DNA of 64,000 nucleotides from Balanoglossus misakiensis (lineage: Eukaryota; Animalia; Hemichordata): assembly GCA_040954595.2 (NCBI GenBank), contig CM082583.2, forward strand, positions 7,500,849-7,564,848. The letters run 5' to 3'. The notes below the pieces were generated by a model, which had not been told where the DNA came from, made no database searches, and saw only the letters and a list, made by a program, of their open reading frames with translations. Each line of letters opens with the position of its first letter. The first letter of the stretch is position 1. Positions 43,908 through 58,063 of this stretch are shown here, piece after piece. The position numbers were made by a program, and so were the translations under genes.

Positions 43908-46172
43908 ATGGAATCTATAGATTTAAGGATGGACGATTTACATGATGGAATCTTTGATGATGATGAAGCCGAAGAATTCCCTCCTCTTCCCCCAATGCCG
44001 TCCTTGTCTCCTAGACGACAAGATGATGACGAGGATGGAGTTGTCAGCCAGGCTTGGCATGCAGATGGAAATGCGGGTAATTTCTCATTTATTTTTACCC
44101 TTTGGTATTCAGAAAAGACATGATTCGACAATGACAGCATATTTGGTAGATACATATTGGCGCATGAGGTGTATCATATTTTCACTGTAAAATTTATACT
44201 TTTCAAAATTTATATTCAGATGCTGTACATCCTGCTTTAGACGATATGCCTGCAGCCCGGGCTGCAAGAAGGATAAACAGAAACCCACAGCCAAAATTAG
44301 ATGCTAACAGGTAATGCAATAACAAGTGTATTGGTTATAAATGCCACTGTGAAATAGACTTATACAGAAGGGTGAATAAAAATGTGTTTTCTATTTTTTC
44401 TTCATGGTCATGACTGATACTGTTTAGATAATATACTAAATACATTCTTAATGAGTAGATGATGACAAATCTCAAATAACCTTTTGTAGATTCTCTTCTG
44501 ACCAGCTGTCTCTGATTGATTCTCCAGACTGACCAATGGGGAGAGAGGTATTGCAGTTATTCCACAGGAGTTTGCCAAGCTGAAATTCAAGGGCAAAGGT
44601 CACGAGGCTGCAGACCTCAAGTTGATGATGCAGAAGTATGAGCATTGGGCGCACAGATTGTTTCCCCAGATGCCATTTGATGATGTCATCGAGAAGATAG
44701 AGCAGTTGGGAAACAAGAAGCCCGTGCAGGTAGGGCAGATGTAGCACACAGAGTGTACAAACACCATAGATGTAGGTTTACACACATACAAGTACTAACA
44801 TACACATACAGACAGACTACAGAGAGACATAACTGAAAGATGTTTTGGTCACTGGCTGGATGGTTATACGTCATTTTAAAAATTACTTTCTGGTTCAGGT
44901 GTGTATGAAGAAAATAAGATTGGACATGCCACTCACAGATGAAGACTATGGCAGGGGTAGAGAAGGTAAGTAACCCTGGTCAGATATAATATTCCTAGTC
45001 TGTTAGAATCATTACCAAGGACAAACATTTTGACAATTGGAATCATTTGTCATCTCTTTCTGGGTACAGAAGAGGAAAATGAAGTTGATGATGAAAACAC
45101 TGATTTAGTTTCCATGGTGACGAGAAATCCATCCCAGTCTCCATCACAAACTCGCATCCCAACCGAGGATAATCAGGTAGTTTGGATCAATTTCTTTGTT
45201 CATTGTGTTATTCAGTTTAATGAGAAACGAATGCGGGTGTTTGAAACTGCATACATGTCACTCTTTACACTCTTGTGTCGTTTTCCAAAGTGCTTTTGAC
45301 ACCCATCTTCTTTTGTACAGTTTTCACAGACAACACCGGCATCACCTGTGATTTCCCGACCACCGCCATCATCACAGCCAACGCCTGGAACTACACCCAC
45401 CACACAGGTAATGCTAGAATGCCCTGCTGTGCTAAATTCAATCTGACCTTCTGACGTGGTCACTGTTGTTGCTCAGTGTTAGCTAACTTGTCAAATTGAA
45501 GTTGTCATTTGTTGCTGGCCTTTCTTGAGACCTAATCATCACAGTGGAATACTTATGCACATTTTACTATCTCTGCAACTCTGCCTGCAGGCATCTCTTT
45601 CTGAAGAACAGCTTGAAAGAATCGAGAGAAACAAGCGGCTGGCCAGAGAGAAGAGGGCTGCCCGAATGCGAGCCATGCAATCACCTGCGCCAGTCTCCCA
45701 AAATCAAGAGGCCAGTCAGCCGACGCCCACTGAGACATCGGATGCGGTGGTTTCACCAGTGAATGAACAATCTAACGATGTGACCACAGGAGACGATGAA
45801 GTCCTTGAAAGGGCCCGTACGGGCAAGGATGGAAATACCAAGGCTTCTGATGGAGATGGTGAGTGTAGCAATGCAGACTCTGCTGCAGATACCCATACTG
45901 TGTCAAGCCAAGCCGAAGATACAGCATCTGCATTAGTGACCAAACCACATGAAAGCAAGCAAGGAGAATCTACACTAGATGAAGATGCCACCAAGTCAGG
46001 TGTTGGCGACAGCACGGAGGACATGGAAGTTGGAAATGAAAACGTTCAGAATAATGACGATGAAACAGTAGTGGAATCTCAAACAGATGGCAATGTTACC
46101 CAACCGGATGAAGGTGAGGATGTGCAGGATATGGAAGTCGGAACGGAAAGTGTTGAAGACAGTGAACTCTAA
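43908..46172 (+). CDS. TIPIN: TIMELESS-interacting protein (Swi3/Csm3 family)
   Basis: Acidic N-terminus with FPPLPP. Swi3 core KPTAKIRC-frame exon giving PKLDANR, then LTNGERGI...[59 protein letters not shown]. Later LSEEQLERIERNKRLAREKR. About 7 coding exons. Confidence 0.92.
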
Positions 46173-46405
46173 CAGTGACACCAGTTTTTAAATCATCGTA
46201 TATTTTATTACTGAAGTGTTAAATGTACAGTCCAATCCAGATATTCACTTTGTTATGAACTTATCAACAGCTTGAAATCAAACTTTCCATATACATGTAT
46301 ACACACACGGAGTAAAACATCTCACAACGCACTAAGCCTTCCACCAGTATATACTGGTTTGTGATGAGGTCCATCCATCCACCCAGGGATGTCTGTGTAG
46401 TTAAG

Positions 46406-49400
46406 CTAGGTCAATCCGTCATCATCTTGGAGTCCAATCTCTCTAAACTGCTGCAACAGGGAGTATATACTGACAGTTTCAGGGGTCTGTCCATATTTAG
46501 ATTTCAACTCTGCATAATTTCCCCCGAGATCATTGGTGGCATCATCCACCTGTGTTGTCAGCTGGGCTTCCTTGGTTACTTCCTGGAGATGTTGCCAAGC
46601 AACAAGAGACGAAATAAACAACAGGCATGAGAATTTGATGGTCATCCTTTGTCTGGAAACTTGGGTGGGGATTTTCATCAAGATTTTACCTTTTCACGGA
46701 GCAAGAAAAACACTGGTGTACAGGCAGTAAATTTCAATTCACTCAAAAGAAATCAGCCATTAGTGCCTGCCCTTGTGAACAAGAAATACAAGAAAGGCGA
46801 TGTTTGTTTCAGTCTAAACACATACCTGGATAATTTCACTCTTGCTCGACTTTGCATAACCTTGGTCTTGGCCGTCTTTTGACATTTCCAGTTGAGATGG
46901 TTTGTTATCCACCATCTCAAAATGCAGCACCAGCGAGTGGGCATGTGATGGGGTCACTGAAATGCGAACCTGAACATGAAAAATGGGAGAGACGTTGGAA
47001 ACAACATCAAGTTCGGCAAATTTGATAGGAACAGGGCTTGGGGGCACTCGCAAGAAATGGAATCAAGGTGCCCAGTTAGTATCACAGATGTGATACCTCC
47101 TAATCAAGAATCACAAAAGTCAGACACTTTATGTCTCATAATAGAATGGACTAATAATATCTAATATCTACATTCCAAGTGAAACACTACTCACGGTGAT
47201 GTGATCAAACAGGTTGTATGAATGTGAACCATTGGCAGTCGTCACTGTTAGTGAATAGTCTTCTTTCACCAATGTCCCTAGTAAAACAAAGAAAAGGAAT
47301 ATTTCGCTGGAATCTAAGGCTTTTTCTCAAGTGCATCACTGAAAACGTTTATAATTTTTATACAAAGATCTGGTTTCAGAGACATAGAAATGAAATATTC
47401 AATGTAATTCTGGTATAACTCGCCAGGTAGCCATTGTGGCTTAGGATCACTGTGATCAATCACCAAACCATTCTTGTCCTTTATGTACACTGCACCTTTC
47501 ATGCCATACCTAATGAAGAGAGGGATAGAGGCAAATTCAACCATGTTAGCTTCATTTGATCACTGGCTCGCATCTCTGGAATTAATATCATGGTTAATCT
47601 GGATTTGCAGTGGGTTTTAGAGTTGACAGTGCAGGGCATTAAAACAACAAATTCGATTCTAAGCCTTTTCAAAGAACCTGATTTGCCCTGAGGGCAGCTA
47701 TATGACAGCTATAGATTCTATGCCTTCTTTTCATGACTTTTGATTTTTAAAGTCAACATGCTAGCTATACTGTAGATAGAAGATAAAAGGGGAAACACAG
47801 GATGACAGAGATCTCTGTGAAATGTTGACACTGGGATCTCACCTTGGAATGAATACTAGGACCCCATTGGCTCTCAGTCCAAAAATCACTGCGTCCACAG
47901 TGCAGCATTCATCTTTCTCTGCATCCTTGTCTTTGAAAAACAGAGCTTGGAACAATTCCTGTGACGACTTCTGAGCATGCTGTGAAGCCTGGGAAAATAG
48001 CACAGTAAATGAGATTTTGGATGCAAAGAAAATGATGTGAATGGTCATAGAATAAACATATTCCTACATAGTTCCATTCATGTTGTCATGATGAATGTGT
48101 CATTGAATTCAGTGTAAAGTAAGTCCTTGAAACATTTTGGGAATGGACACAAAGATATGATGAAACTCAACAACTGTCCAATACTGTTACATGACTTGCA
48201 TATAAACCTTACTCTATTCTTAGTATTGATGTGGTCACACAGGTCTTGCAGTTCTTTGTTGCCTGGCAACCCATTCTCTTCACCTTCACGGTTGATGGCA
48301 GCCATGAGAAGCCTATGTACCTGGGTGTTCAAATATAGATTCATTGAGCTCATTAAAATTGTGCGCATGAACCCCCCCCCCCCCCCCCCCCAGATATTTT
48401 CACAGAAACAAGAAAAGGGTACTGATCTATTTTTGGCAGGAACCAATTATCAAACACTGCAGGGGTGCACATCCTGGTGTGACGACTTTAGATTTGAATC
48501 CCTGAAGTGACACATTTCATGAGAATTCCCCATGAGATCATAGTCCTTTTTATGCAAAGCAGGGTTGTTAAAAAATGGCATTTTGTTTCTCTATTTTCAA
48601 GTAAATACCAGCAACTACCCCATCAAAGAGGAGAATGGCAAGATTGGAAGAACCAAAACTCACAATGACATCAGCGTATCTTCGGATAGGTGAAGTGAAA
48701 TGTGTGTATCGATCCAGGGCAAGACCTGAAAACACATTCAGAGGTACAGCATAAGTGATAGCATACAGGTTTATTATACCAACACCTAGCAAAGTGTCAC
48801 AGCAATCTTTCATCTTGAATAAAAATTCAAATTGTCAGGTATCAAATTTACATGACGTTTGATTTTGCCGCAATAATTACTATCAGTAACTGACTTATGA
48901 TGGCTCATTCTTACTAAACATGTTAAATGCCAAAAATGCATTGTAGATTGTAACAGCCACGTACCATAATGATAGTACTGATCCCTAGGTAAACTACCAG
49001 TGGAAAAGTAGAGAGCATTCGACATGGCATAGGTCGCTAAACTTCTCAGTATCTTGTTGAAGACTGGGTCGTTCGGATCAACACATCTGTCCAAGGACTC
49101 TGCAAGGGTTTTATTTGAACTGGTGTTGATGATCACACCTCTGGATTGAGCGCAGTGCTGTAAATTGCTGAAGTGTTCTTGGCGAGGCAATGGGTGGTGA
49201 CGTAGCTGGGAGAAAATTAGAGCAACATACATATTTAAAACAGCTGTTTATAAACAATGCACAACAAACCTCATCAGCCATGAACAATCACACTACAGCT
49301 TCTCATTACAGTCACTCATACTCACCAAAGAATTGCTGGGAAAAGTTTCGGCGATTTTCTTTGCTACCCAGTGATTGGCAAAAATCATACACTCAGCTAT

Positions 49401-52400
49401 TGTCTCATGGATTTCTAACGGCTGGTGGAGACAAGGAGAAGGAAGGAACACAAACACAAATATTGTCATTATTCATTTTCTAGATCTACTTGCAATTATG
49501 GTAAACAGTGTTTCAGGCTTTTGGTATACTTTTTTAAATTCTCAATGCAACTGCTCTTGCAATAAATGGCGAGGTTCTCAGAGACTTCACAATGACTCAA
49601 TGCTGCTTTGAACATGTATCGAAGGCAAAAAATTTACATGAGTCCATCTTTCTTCCTTTCCACAATTTGCATTTTCTCATAGAATTTATGAAAGTTGTGC
49701 AAACTGCACAAATAGCTGATATTTACCTGTTTTGGTATAAGGTCTTCAATTTCTTTCTTATCCCCAAGTTGAACTTGAACTTCCACGCCTTCCAGCTGAA
49801 CAGCACCACCACTTTCCCGACGTGACTTTAGATGCCTCGCAATATCCATTAATTTATTAACACACCACTTCAGTTCGTGCAACCTGCAAAGAAAAAAGTG
49901 CAGACAGTCATAGGGTTGACTCAAGAAGCGCTGTATTTTCTGTCTAAAAAATAATGTACAAAAAGAAGTACAACATGCAGTGCCGTTCATAAAACTACAT
50001 CTAACACTGCATGTCCGAAAATCATACAGTGAGCATAATCCCATTTAGCAATGCAATTTGTAACTGTGAAGAATGTGCAAAGCAGAACAGAACTTACTTT
50101 TTCTCAACTGTCTCTTCATCTAGATTTTCCAGCTCCGGAATATCTTCAAGAGCTACAGTCCCATCATGTAAAGCTTGGGCAGCCTATGCCATAGGGAGAA
50201 AAAGACTATGACTTAAATACACTCACAAGGCAAAATAAACTGGCAAAGTTTGAAGCAAAAACACTACCAGTACTAAATTAAATACCTCATAGAACATTTT
50301 ATAGGCTGACTTGATGACAGTTCGACCATACCACACGTCCAGCACTTCATAATTAGGCCCCAGTTCCCACAGCACAGTCATGGCATAGCGGTCCACTCCA
50401 CCGATCAGAGAACAGAGATCTGCGCTGAGTATGGCTGGCAGCATATCGTAACGTCTATCAGCAAGGTACACTGTTGTACCTCTGCAAATAAGATGTAGTG
50501 TTGATAAAGTTTTTGTCCAATGGAGTTTCATAATATTCTAGAATTACAGCGAGCAATTTTACACAACCTTCAAGCAGAGTCAGCCACCAGATAATTCATC
50601 AACTTGATATACATGTATACATGTCCATCTTTGCTAGTACTCACCTGGCTTTAGCTTCCAAATCAGTCAGGGAATTCGGCTTGACAAAATATGACACATC
50701 AGCAATGTGAACCCCCAATTCTATATTACCATTGGGCAATTGCCTGCAAGACATAACAGACTGTCGTTTTACTTCTTTCAAGTGACTAGAATATCACTGC
50801 CATTGTTGTCATTGTCAAAACCGTTTGAATTTCCAAATTCCTGCCAGTAATGTTGGGTAGGCATGGGTTGTTCATCAATATTTACTAGAACGCATTTCAC
50901 ATATCTACAAGAAGAATGTGAATGATTAAAACAAGCTGACAAATTTCTCACTTCAACTGTGACAATCACCTGACTGAAAGTGTATCATCAACATCTTCAC
51001 ATCCCTTCGGGTCAATGCTAAAGATGAGGTGAGACTGGCGAAGATCTCGTCTCTTAGCAACTTCTTCTGGGTCCATAGTCCAGGGTTTTTCCTCAGAGTT
51101 GGTTGGTAACTCTTTGACCTTTTACATAAAATGAGTATTGTAATATTACCTTACATGTACTTCAAAATTTTGTACATGAAAACATCGGCACAATTTTTCA
51201 AAACATAGCATTTCCGGTAGATCAAACTTGGATGATTCAAGAAGTAGACACATACCACCAATTTTGAAGCTTTAACATCATGATGCATATCCCTTTATAC
51301 ATACATATTTGCCCAATATGTTTTTCCATTATTATTTTTGCGAGGCAACTTATGAAGAAAAGACCTACTTGTCCTTCTGAGAAAGCTTTTACTGAGATAT
51401 TGTTCTCCACCAAAATTGTAGCAATTTCTGTTTCGAGATTTCCGACGGGTCCTAGCATCCTGACAAAATGGCCATTTGGATACTGGGAATCCAGTGACCA
51501 GGAATCAATCCGGACAATAATCCTCTGATACTGGAGTGAGTCAGCTTGCCTGGTGCTGATGCGGATTTTAGGGATTCTGTAATCGTGTGGTATGACCAGC
51601 ACTTTACCAGTCTTTGACCTCTGACCCTTGCTTTCCTAGGAGAGGAATGGTAAAAATAAACAACGGTTGCAAAAATTGGCGCTGTCTTTGAAGTGAAGGT
51701 CTTCAGATGTATCAATTGACTATCTTTCAGTCCATTGCTTTTTCATGGATAGTTTCCAATCCAGAAGTATTATTATAAACATCCTGGATTTATCAGGACA
51801 AAGGCAGTGTATATGTTGTGTGTCTCAGTGCCTTGTCTTTTCAGTGTCTATTCGTATTTAAAGTGCATACCTCATCAGGGGCAAATGAAGCCACATAGTC
51901 TCTCCAGTTTCTCTGAATAATGCCAACAACCCTCCCGGTTGGAAGTGGTTTACTTGAATCCTTATCATCATTTCTTTTCTCTGAACCTTTGAACATATAA
52001 CAAGTCAATCAGTCAGAAATAAAGCCCAGTGTGCATGTATGCATACTTTGGTTAATGATATCGACACTGTCATATTATAAGATTTTTTTACCACTTTGAG
52101 AATGTTTACAACTTTATCAAGGTAGCACTGTAACAAGAATACCTTCACTCTCTGTCAAAGATTTATTTCTTCCAAGCCATTCCTTCTTAGGCAAGAGTTC
52201 AACAGCAACAATGTCACCATGAACTGCCCTGTTCCTATTATGAAAGAAAAAGCACACAAAACAAGTATATTTCCATAATGATGAACATGTGATAACCATG
52301 TACATGTACAGCTCTAATTTACAATTTCACTGACTGACATTTCCTGAGAAATGGTTGGAAGTGGAATGATCCTTACCTACAACTGATTCCAGGTATCAGA

Positions 52401-54335
52401 ATGTCGGATTCCCTGTTACTGTCTTTCATTCCAATACTGCGAAAAAAGGGGGAAAAGCTATTTAAATTTGTAGATTGGTATGCAGAGACAAACACATTCA
52501 TTCTCACATCTTGAAAATCTTCACTTGAGAACTTTGACGCAAGGTTTCCATGATTTTTATGATGTGACTTAGGGTAATCATCTCACCTAGTTCTCTGAAG
52601 GAAAGCCTCTTGTTGTGGCCTGTGTTTATTGACATGAAGACAGCCCTGAATGTAGCGTCCTGACTTGATCCCAGCAGCTATGATCTCCTGTGGCAGATAA
52701 TCCTTCTGCTCTTTCTTATTCTCTGAAAACATGAGTCAAAACAGATAACATGATAAAACAACAGATAATTTTTGGGTATAATTCAATCCATGGGATTTTG
52801 TACTGCTTGGAAAACTTATTGATATGAATAGATAATGTTTAGTGAGGAAAATGTTCCCTTTTCTGACCTTGCTTACCTTTCAAATCAGAAGTTTCCTTTA
52901 ATGAAGCTGATAAAGACTCGTAGATATCAAGAGCATTCGTCAAATTTGGCCAGAATTGAACAAGGTATTCTTCCATTGACATTAAAAACACTCTTGTGGT
53001 CTTGGCACCAAAGTCTTGGATCATCTGAAGTACAAAAAGGTACATGTATGTTCAATGAACAAACATTGAATAAGCACAAGTGTTGACCTTAAGCTACACT
53101 GTGGTTACATAGGTGTATGTGTATAAAAGGAAGTTATTTGTAAATTTCGTTTATTTTCATTTTCGATGATGACACAACTCATTTCAGTAACTATGGCACT
53201 ATGGTCGAAGTTTTTTATGCCAAGAGAGACGAGACAACAACATTAGTTCAATTACCTTTCTGTTTTCTGTGATGAGGACTATGGGTATCTGACCAGCTAA
53301 ATGATCGTAATACCAGACTGCACTATCATACACTATCCTGTATTAAAATAAGAAGACACTCAATGTTTAGATAAATTTCACACACAGAAAAATTGCTCCT
53401 TGCAAATTTCCAGGCACCAAATGTACATGCCTTAATTAACATGTGAGTACCTTGATTGCCAGTCGTGGAGACTTTCTCCCGGTTGTCTTTCACAGTAGGC
53501 GTAATGACAAAACTCATTGGCAAAGACACTGCATTGCTGTCTTGGATCCTTCACCATGTTGTGTATTCTCTTGTAGGCTCTTCTGCTGCCTTGGTGTAAC
53601 ACCTGTCATGAGAGAGTTCAAATTTTGGCTTTGACGGGGACAATACCCTGTAAGTCAATTAATTAAAATTCCAGGACTTTCCATATTTTACATGAAACAC
53701 ATTTAAAGAAATTATGAAGAAATAAATAACTTGTCGAATAAATAAATTAACACTTACACTGTGAAGGACTGTCTGTAGAAATAAAATTCCAGTGATCTCT
53801 GTTAACTCAAGAATTTCAAGAAAGTCCCTGGCAACTTGGCAGTCTGGTATGACATAATGAGTCAAATCAGATGGAAGCACACCAATACCTGTATGTGTAG
53901 ATTGAACATTAGTTTGTATTAGCTGGTCGTGTCATCATGCTTCAGGGATTCCAACAAGAAACTGAAGGAAACATTCAACAGGTGAAGATGCGTCCGTCTC
54001 CATGGTTGTCGTCATGGAGATGGACGCCATCATGTTCAATGATGTTGTTTACATCTTCATCGTGGAGTAGATTTCTTAAAAGTATTGGCCATTCAAACTC
54101 CCACTCTCTCTTTGGAGGAACTCAATTCCATAAACAATTTCCCGTCGGTACGATCTTGTACATCAGCTGTTGAGAACTTCATGAAAACCTTGATTGTACC
54201 TTTACTCGTTTCACATCCTGCCAAACACAACTTGCTGTTGCACGGAACGTCTTCGTGCAGGTAGTGTTCCCTCACGATTCTCACGGTTTGTCCGCGGTAG
54301 TTTTTAACTCTCAACAGCTTCTCTGTCTTCAACAT
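46406..54335 (-). CDS. DIS3L: DIS3-like exonuclease 1 (cytoplasmic exosome RNB nuclease)
   Basis: N-terminus [26 protein letters not shown]...PCNSKLC. The PIN segment [17 protein letters not shown] is of the DIS3L type rather than DIS3 PDTNV. Further motifs: [29 protein letters not shown] catalytic [12 protein letters not shown] and [13 protein letters not shown]. Multi-exon gene. Confidence 0.93.
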
Positions 54336-54778
54336 GATTATTTATCATTCAAACGAAGAGAAAGTATTTTTAAAACTCAAATTAACTGAGACGTTTTGTT
54401 GAATGGTTGAGCCGACGACAAAATCACTGGGCGCAGCCATATTGAAGTCTTCCCAGGATTCAAAGTAATGCCCTCGTTCTACACTCTGTTGCCGACCAAT
54501 ATATTTTTTTTGTCTATTTAAACGCGTATTTCTGAAAGTTTTGACTTAGTCTGATTTTAAAACGCGTTTAGTTTGATCAAATTTGATATTAAGATCTAAC
54601 ATTCCATTTAAAATGTCACTATATCTATGACCAATAATATATACGGGTTCAAGTTTGTTTACAATCGCAACTTCCGGTCACATTGGCAATATTTTCATAT
54701 GACGACATACACACACATACGTGTTATGATCAGATGACGACGATCTGCAGTCTGGCTCAATGAAAAAGCCATCCAGTT

Positions 54779-54905
54779 TTCAGGGACGAGACAGTACGAG
54801 CGCCTCGTCTGACTCTGTACCCTGAACTGACTGGCATCTGTCAATATTTGGCAAGATCGGAAACATCATTCATTTAACCTGTCAAATATTGACTAACCCA
54901 GTCAG
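54779..54905. repeat. Two adjacent imperfect inverted repeats (hairpins) upstream of the ceramidase ATG
   Basis: Hairpin 1 (54779-54826): ttcaggg...acgag-cgc-ctcgt...ccctgaa. Hairpin 2 (54827-54905): ctgactgg..gtcaatatttg / caaatattgac..ccagtcag. Confidence 0.6.
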
Positions 54906-54950
54906 ATAAATTATCTTCTTGTTAATTTTTCACCGCATCCATCCCGCGAC

Positions 54951-57900
54951 ATGGTTCAGATGGAAAATATCGACACGGAGGAGATGATCCGGCAACTTCA
55001 ACGCGGTAGTTCCGATGTGGACTGGTGCGAAGTCAATTATAACATCGTCCCTGGAATTGCTGAGTTTTTCAACACGGTAATTTGATCATTTTTATATTAT
55101 GGAATGGATGATATCGGAAGAACATCCATTCTTGTCTATTTCATTTGTGAAATTAACAAGTCAATTTTTAATATCAATTTCATTTCGCGCGTGTGTAAAA
55201 TTAAGGTGTACCACGTTCAGTATTTAAAACAGCAATTATACCAGGGACACACAACATCCAGTTTATTTTGAGGCACGAATTAAACAAAAGGATGACCTTG
55301 CATTTTATTCTCTTCAAAATAATCCGGCTGCCGTATGGTTTTATATTCCATTGATCGTTTATGTACATTTGTGCATGTATTAAAATAGAGACGGTTAGTG
55401 GTTTATCATACACCCTGTACACATTCAAAATATCATATCATAATCAGGCTAAATTTCATTTAGGTGATTGTTTGCTGATGAAGGTTTTGGTGTAGTATAT
55501 AGTAGCCATAGGCCACTTGATTTTTGCTGAAAAGTGGTTTTCCCACGAGTGTGCTAATTCCAGGCCAAAACATACATGTATGTGATATGAGGTTGGAACA
55601 TTATTTCTAGCCATTTTAGATTATCATTGGCCATATGAGCTAGCACATTGATCACCTTTTTCTTCATTTTTTTCTACCTTTTTTTTACATTTCGCATGAA
55701 AATTCATACAGTAAACTTTAGAAAAGTTGCCCCATCTTTGCCCCACCACACACTTGAACTGCTCAGATATGAAAAAAGGCAAAAAGATTTGCTTAAAAGT
55801 GTGGCGTGTTTTGGTCCTTTGGGATGGGAGATATTTTGTGGTGGTCATGTTTAAATAACTGATTAAATACATTTTTCTTATCAGGTTCCTGTCTGCAAGA
55901 TGACATGAGTCTTTGATTGGAACTATTTGTTTTGTGTGGAATTCCCTCTGATTTGAATATTTGGCTGGACAGGGAGTCATTAGTAACCTAGCAATCATGC
56001 CCCACCCGACAAACCAACCAATCATCCCAGCTTGTGTTAGCATGGGATGTTGGGTACTATTTGATAAATTTTAAAGGTCACCTGGTCAGTTATTGTTTGA
56101 GTTACATCTGATAACAATCATAAACTTAATATGTTACTAATGTAGTTATATAGCAAACATCACAGGTGTGCAGTTTACATGGTAGTTATGGCAACCAAGC
56201 TAATCCGAAAAATGAATTTTAATGAATATTTTGTGCCAAAATGATGAGATGTTTAACCACAATGAAATTGACAATGTTGAAAGATGGCAAAAAGCAAAAA
56301 AATTGAATAGTTAGAGAAAACATAAGGGAGAATACTTAGAACAGATAAATGAGAACAAAATACTGGTAGCGCAATTGTCCAGTGTCAACAAAACATGCTG
56401 AAAGAAAACAATAATTCTTGGTAACCCCTTCCCATACACTGTACATGCATAGAACCCATTCAAACTGTAGTTCTTATTTAGTGATTTCTCATTCGAGCCT
56501 TATCATTATTTCAACCCTCCATAGAGTAAATTACTGATAATCAGTGTTTAAGTCGAGTGCTTGTTGTCTCCGGCTGCAGATTACTCAGAGGTTGGATCAG
56601 TGCCAACTACTTACTGTAGCTACTGTAAATGCCAGTGTCAGTCACCTGTAAAGTGTCAAACATTCATGTCCTACATTCTTTGTATGCGTAGAACACATGT
56701 TTGGATTGCTTGATCAATTATACCAAAAGTAGAAGAAAACCATTCTCTCATTTGAGTTTTATCGTAAATTCAGAATTATTGGCTGTACTTAATCCTTCAT
56801 GTAGACACAACATGAGAATTGTAGGCCTGGTAAATGCAAATATGTGACGTAACTCATATCTGCAAAGATGGTGAGAGCAGCAACTGTTGCAATAAAACCT
56901 AATGCTACATAGCCCTTTTCACGGAATCGTGCTTGTTGCTCTGAAAGTTAATTCAGTAGTAATGTGGACAGTGAATTTGTCAGATATCTGCCAATCTTTT
57001 TACTTGTGCAAATTACATGTTTTCTCAATATCTGTTTATTTTGTTTCTGACAGATAAGCAACATCCTCTTCTTCCTGTTACCACCTTTCCTGATCTACCT
57101 TTTCCGACAATATGCCAAGCAAGTTAACAGCGGCGTGAATATCATCTGGCTGCTTCTCGTTGTTGTTGGTGCCTGTTCCGCTTACTTCCATGCCACGCTC
57201 AGCCTTGTCGGGCAGCTGTTGGATGAACTCTCCATCATATGGGTCATCATGTGGGCATTGGCCATGTGGTTTCCAAGGCGATATTATCCAGCTAGTCTGA
57301 ACGGGGACAGGTAGATAAAATTATGTGGACTGTTCATGGATTAGCTGTGCAAGCTGGTATATCTACATACTACTAGTGAAACTTGTGATTGTCCGTTTCT
57401 AAAATAAGTGAAATTTTTTAATGTGTATGAAATCTTTCTGTGTATTTTCAGAAATAAGTTCAAGGCTATCGTTCTGTGCATTACATTTGTTGGGACTGCC
57501 ATGGCATGTCTGCATCCAGCTGTCAATCATCTTGTCTTGATTACGTTTGTCATTCCGTGTGGTGTGCTGTTTGCACTTGAATTGAAGAGGTAAGAAACTG
57601 GGCAAATTTCCACAACAGTTATTCCAGACTATTGTGGAAATCCTACTTGTTGACACGGTTGAAATCACTGATAGAAATCATAAAATAGAATAAAACCATA
57701 TAACTTTATCACTTTTGATGTAAAATGTTGTTGCTTTTTTTCAGATGTGGATGTAATCGTGTATACCGTCTCGGAATCACAAGCGTTCTGTACGTTATAT
57801 TTGCTGTAACCGTGTGGCTCAGTGATCGGCTGAACTGTGAGCTGTGGACCTCTCTGAGGTTCCCCTATCTCCACAGTCTGTGGCATATCTTCATCTTCCA

Positions 57901-58063
57901 GGGAGCCTACTTGAGCTGCGTTCTCTTCGCGTACTTCGATGCGGCCACTGAAGTCCCGGAACAAGCTCCGACTCTGAAGTACTGGCCCAGTGATTCCTGG
58001 GAATTTTTTGGCATTCCGTACGTGTTTCTGAAATGTTCCGGGACTAAACCGACATACTGCTAG
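54951..58063 (+). CDS. ACER2: Alkaline ceramidase (ACER2-like, CREST superfamily)
   Basis: Exons 54951-55076, 57054-57310, ~57452-57589 and 57745-58063. Motifs: [12 protein letters not shown]...[48 protein letters not shown] and LKYWP. The start could be 54951 or 54960. ACER1 versus ACER2 orthology is not resolved. Confidence 0.9.
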
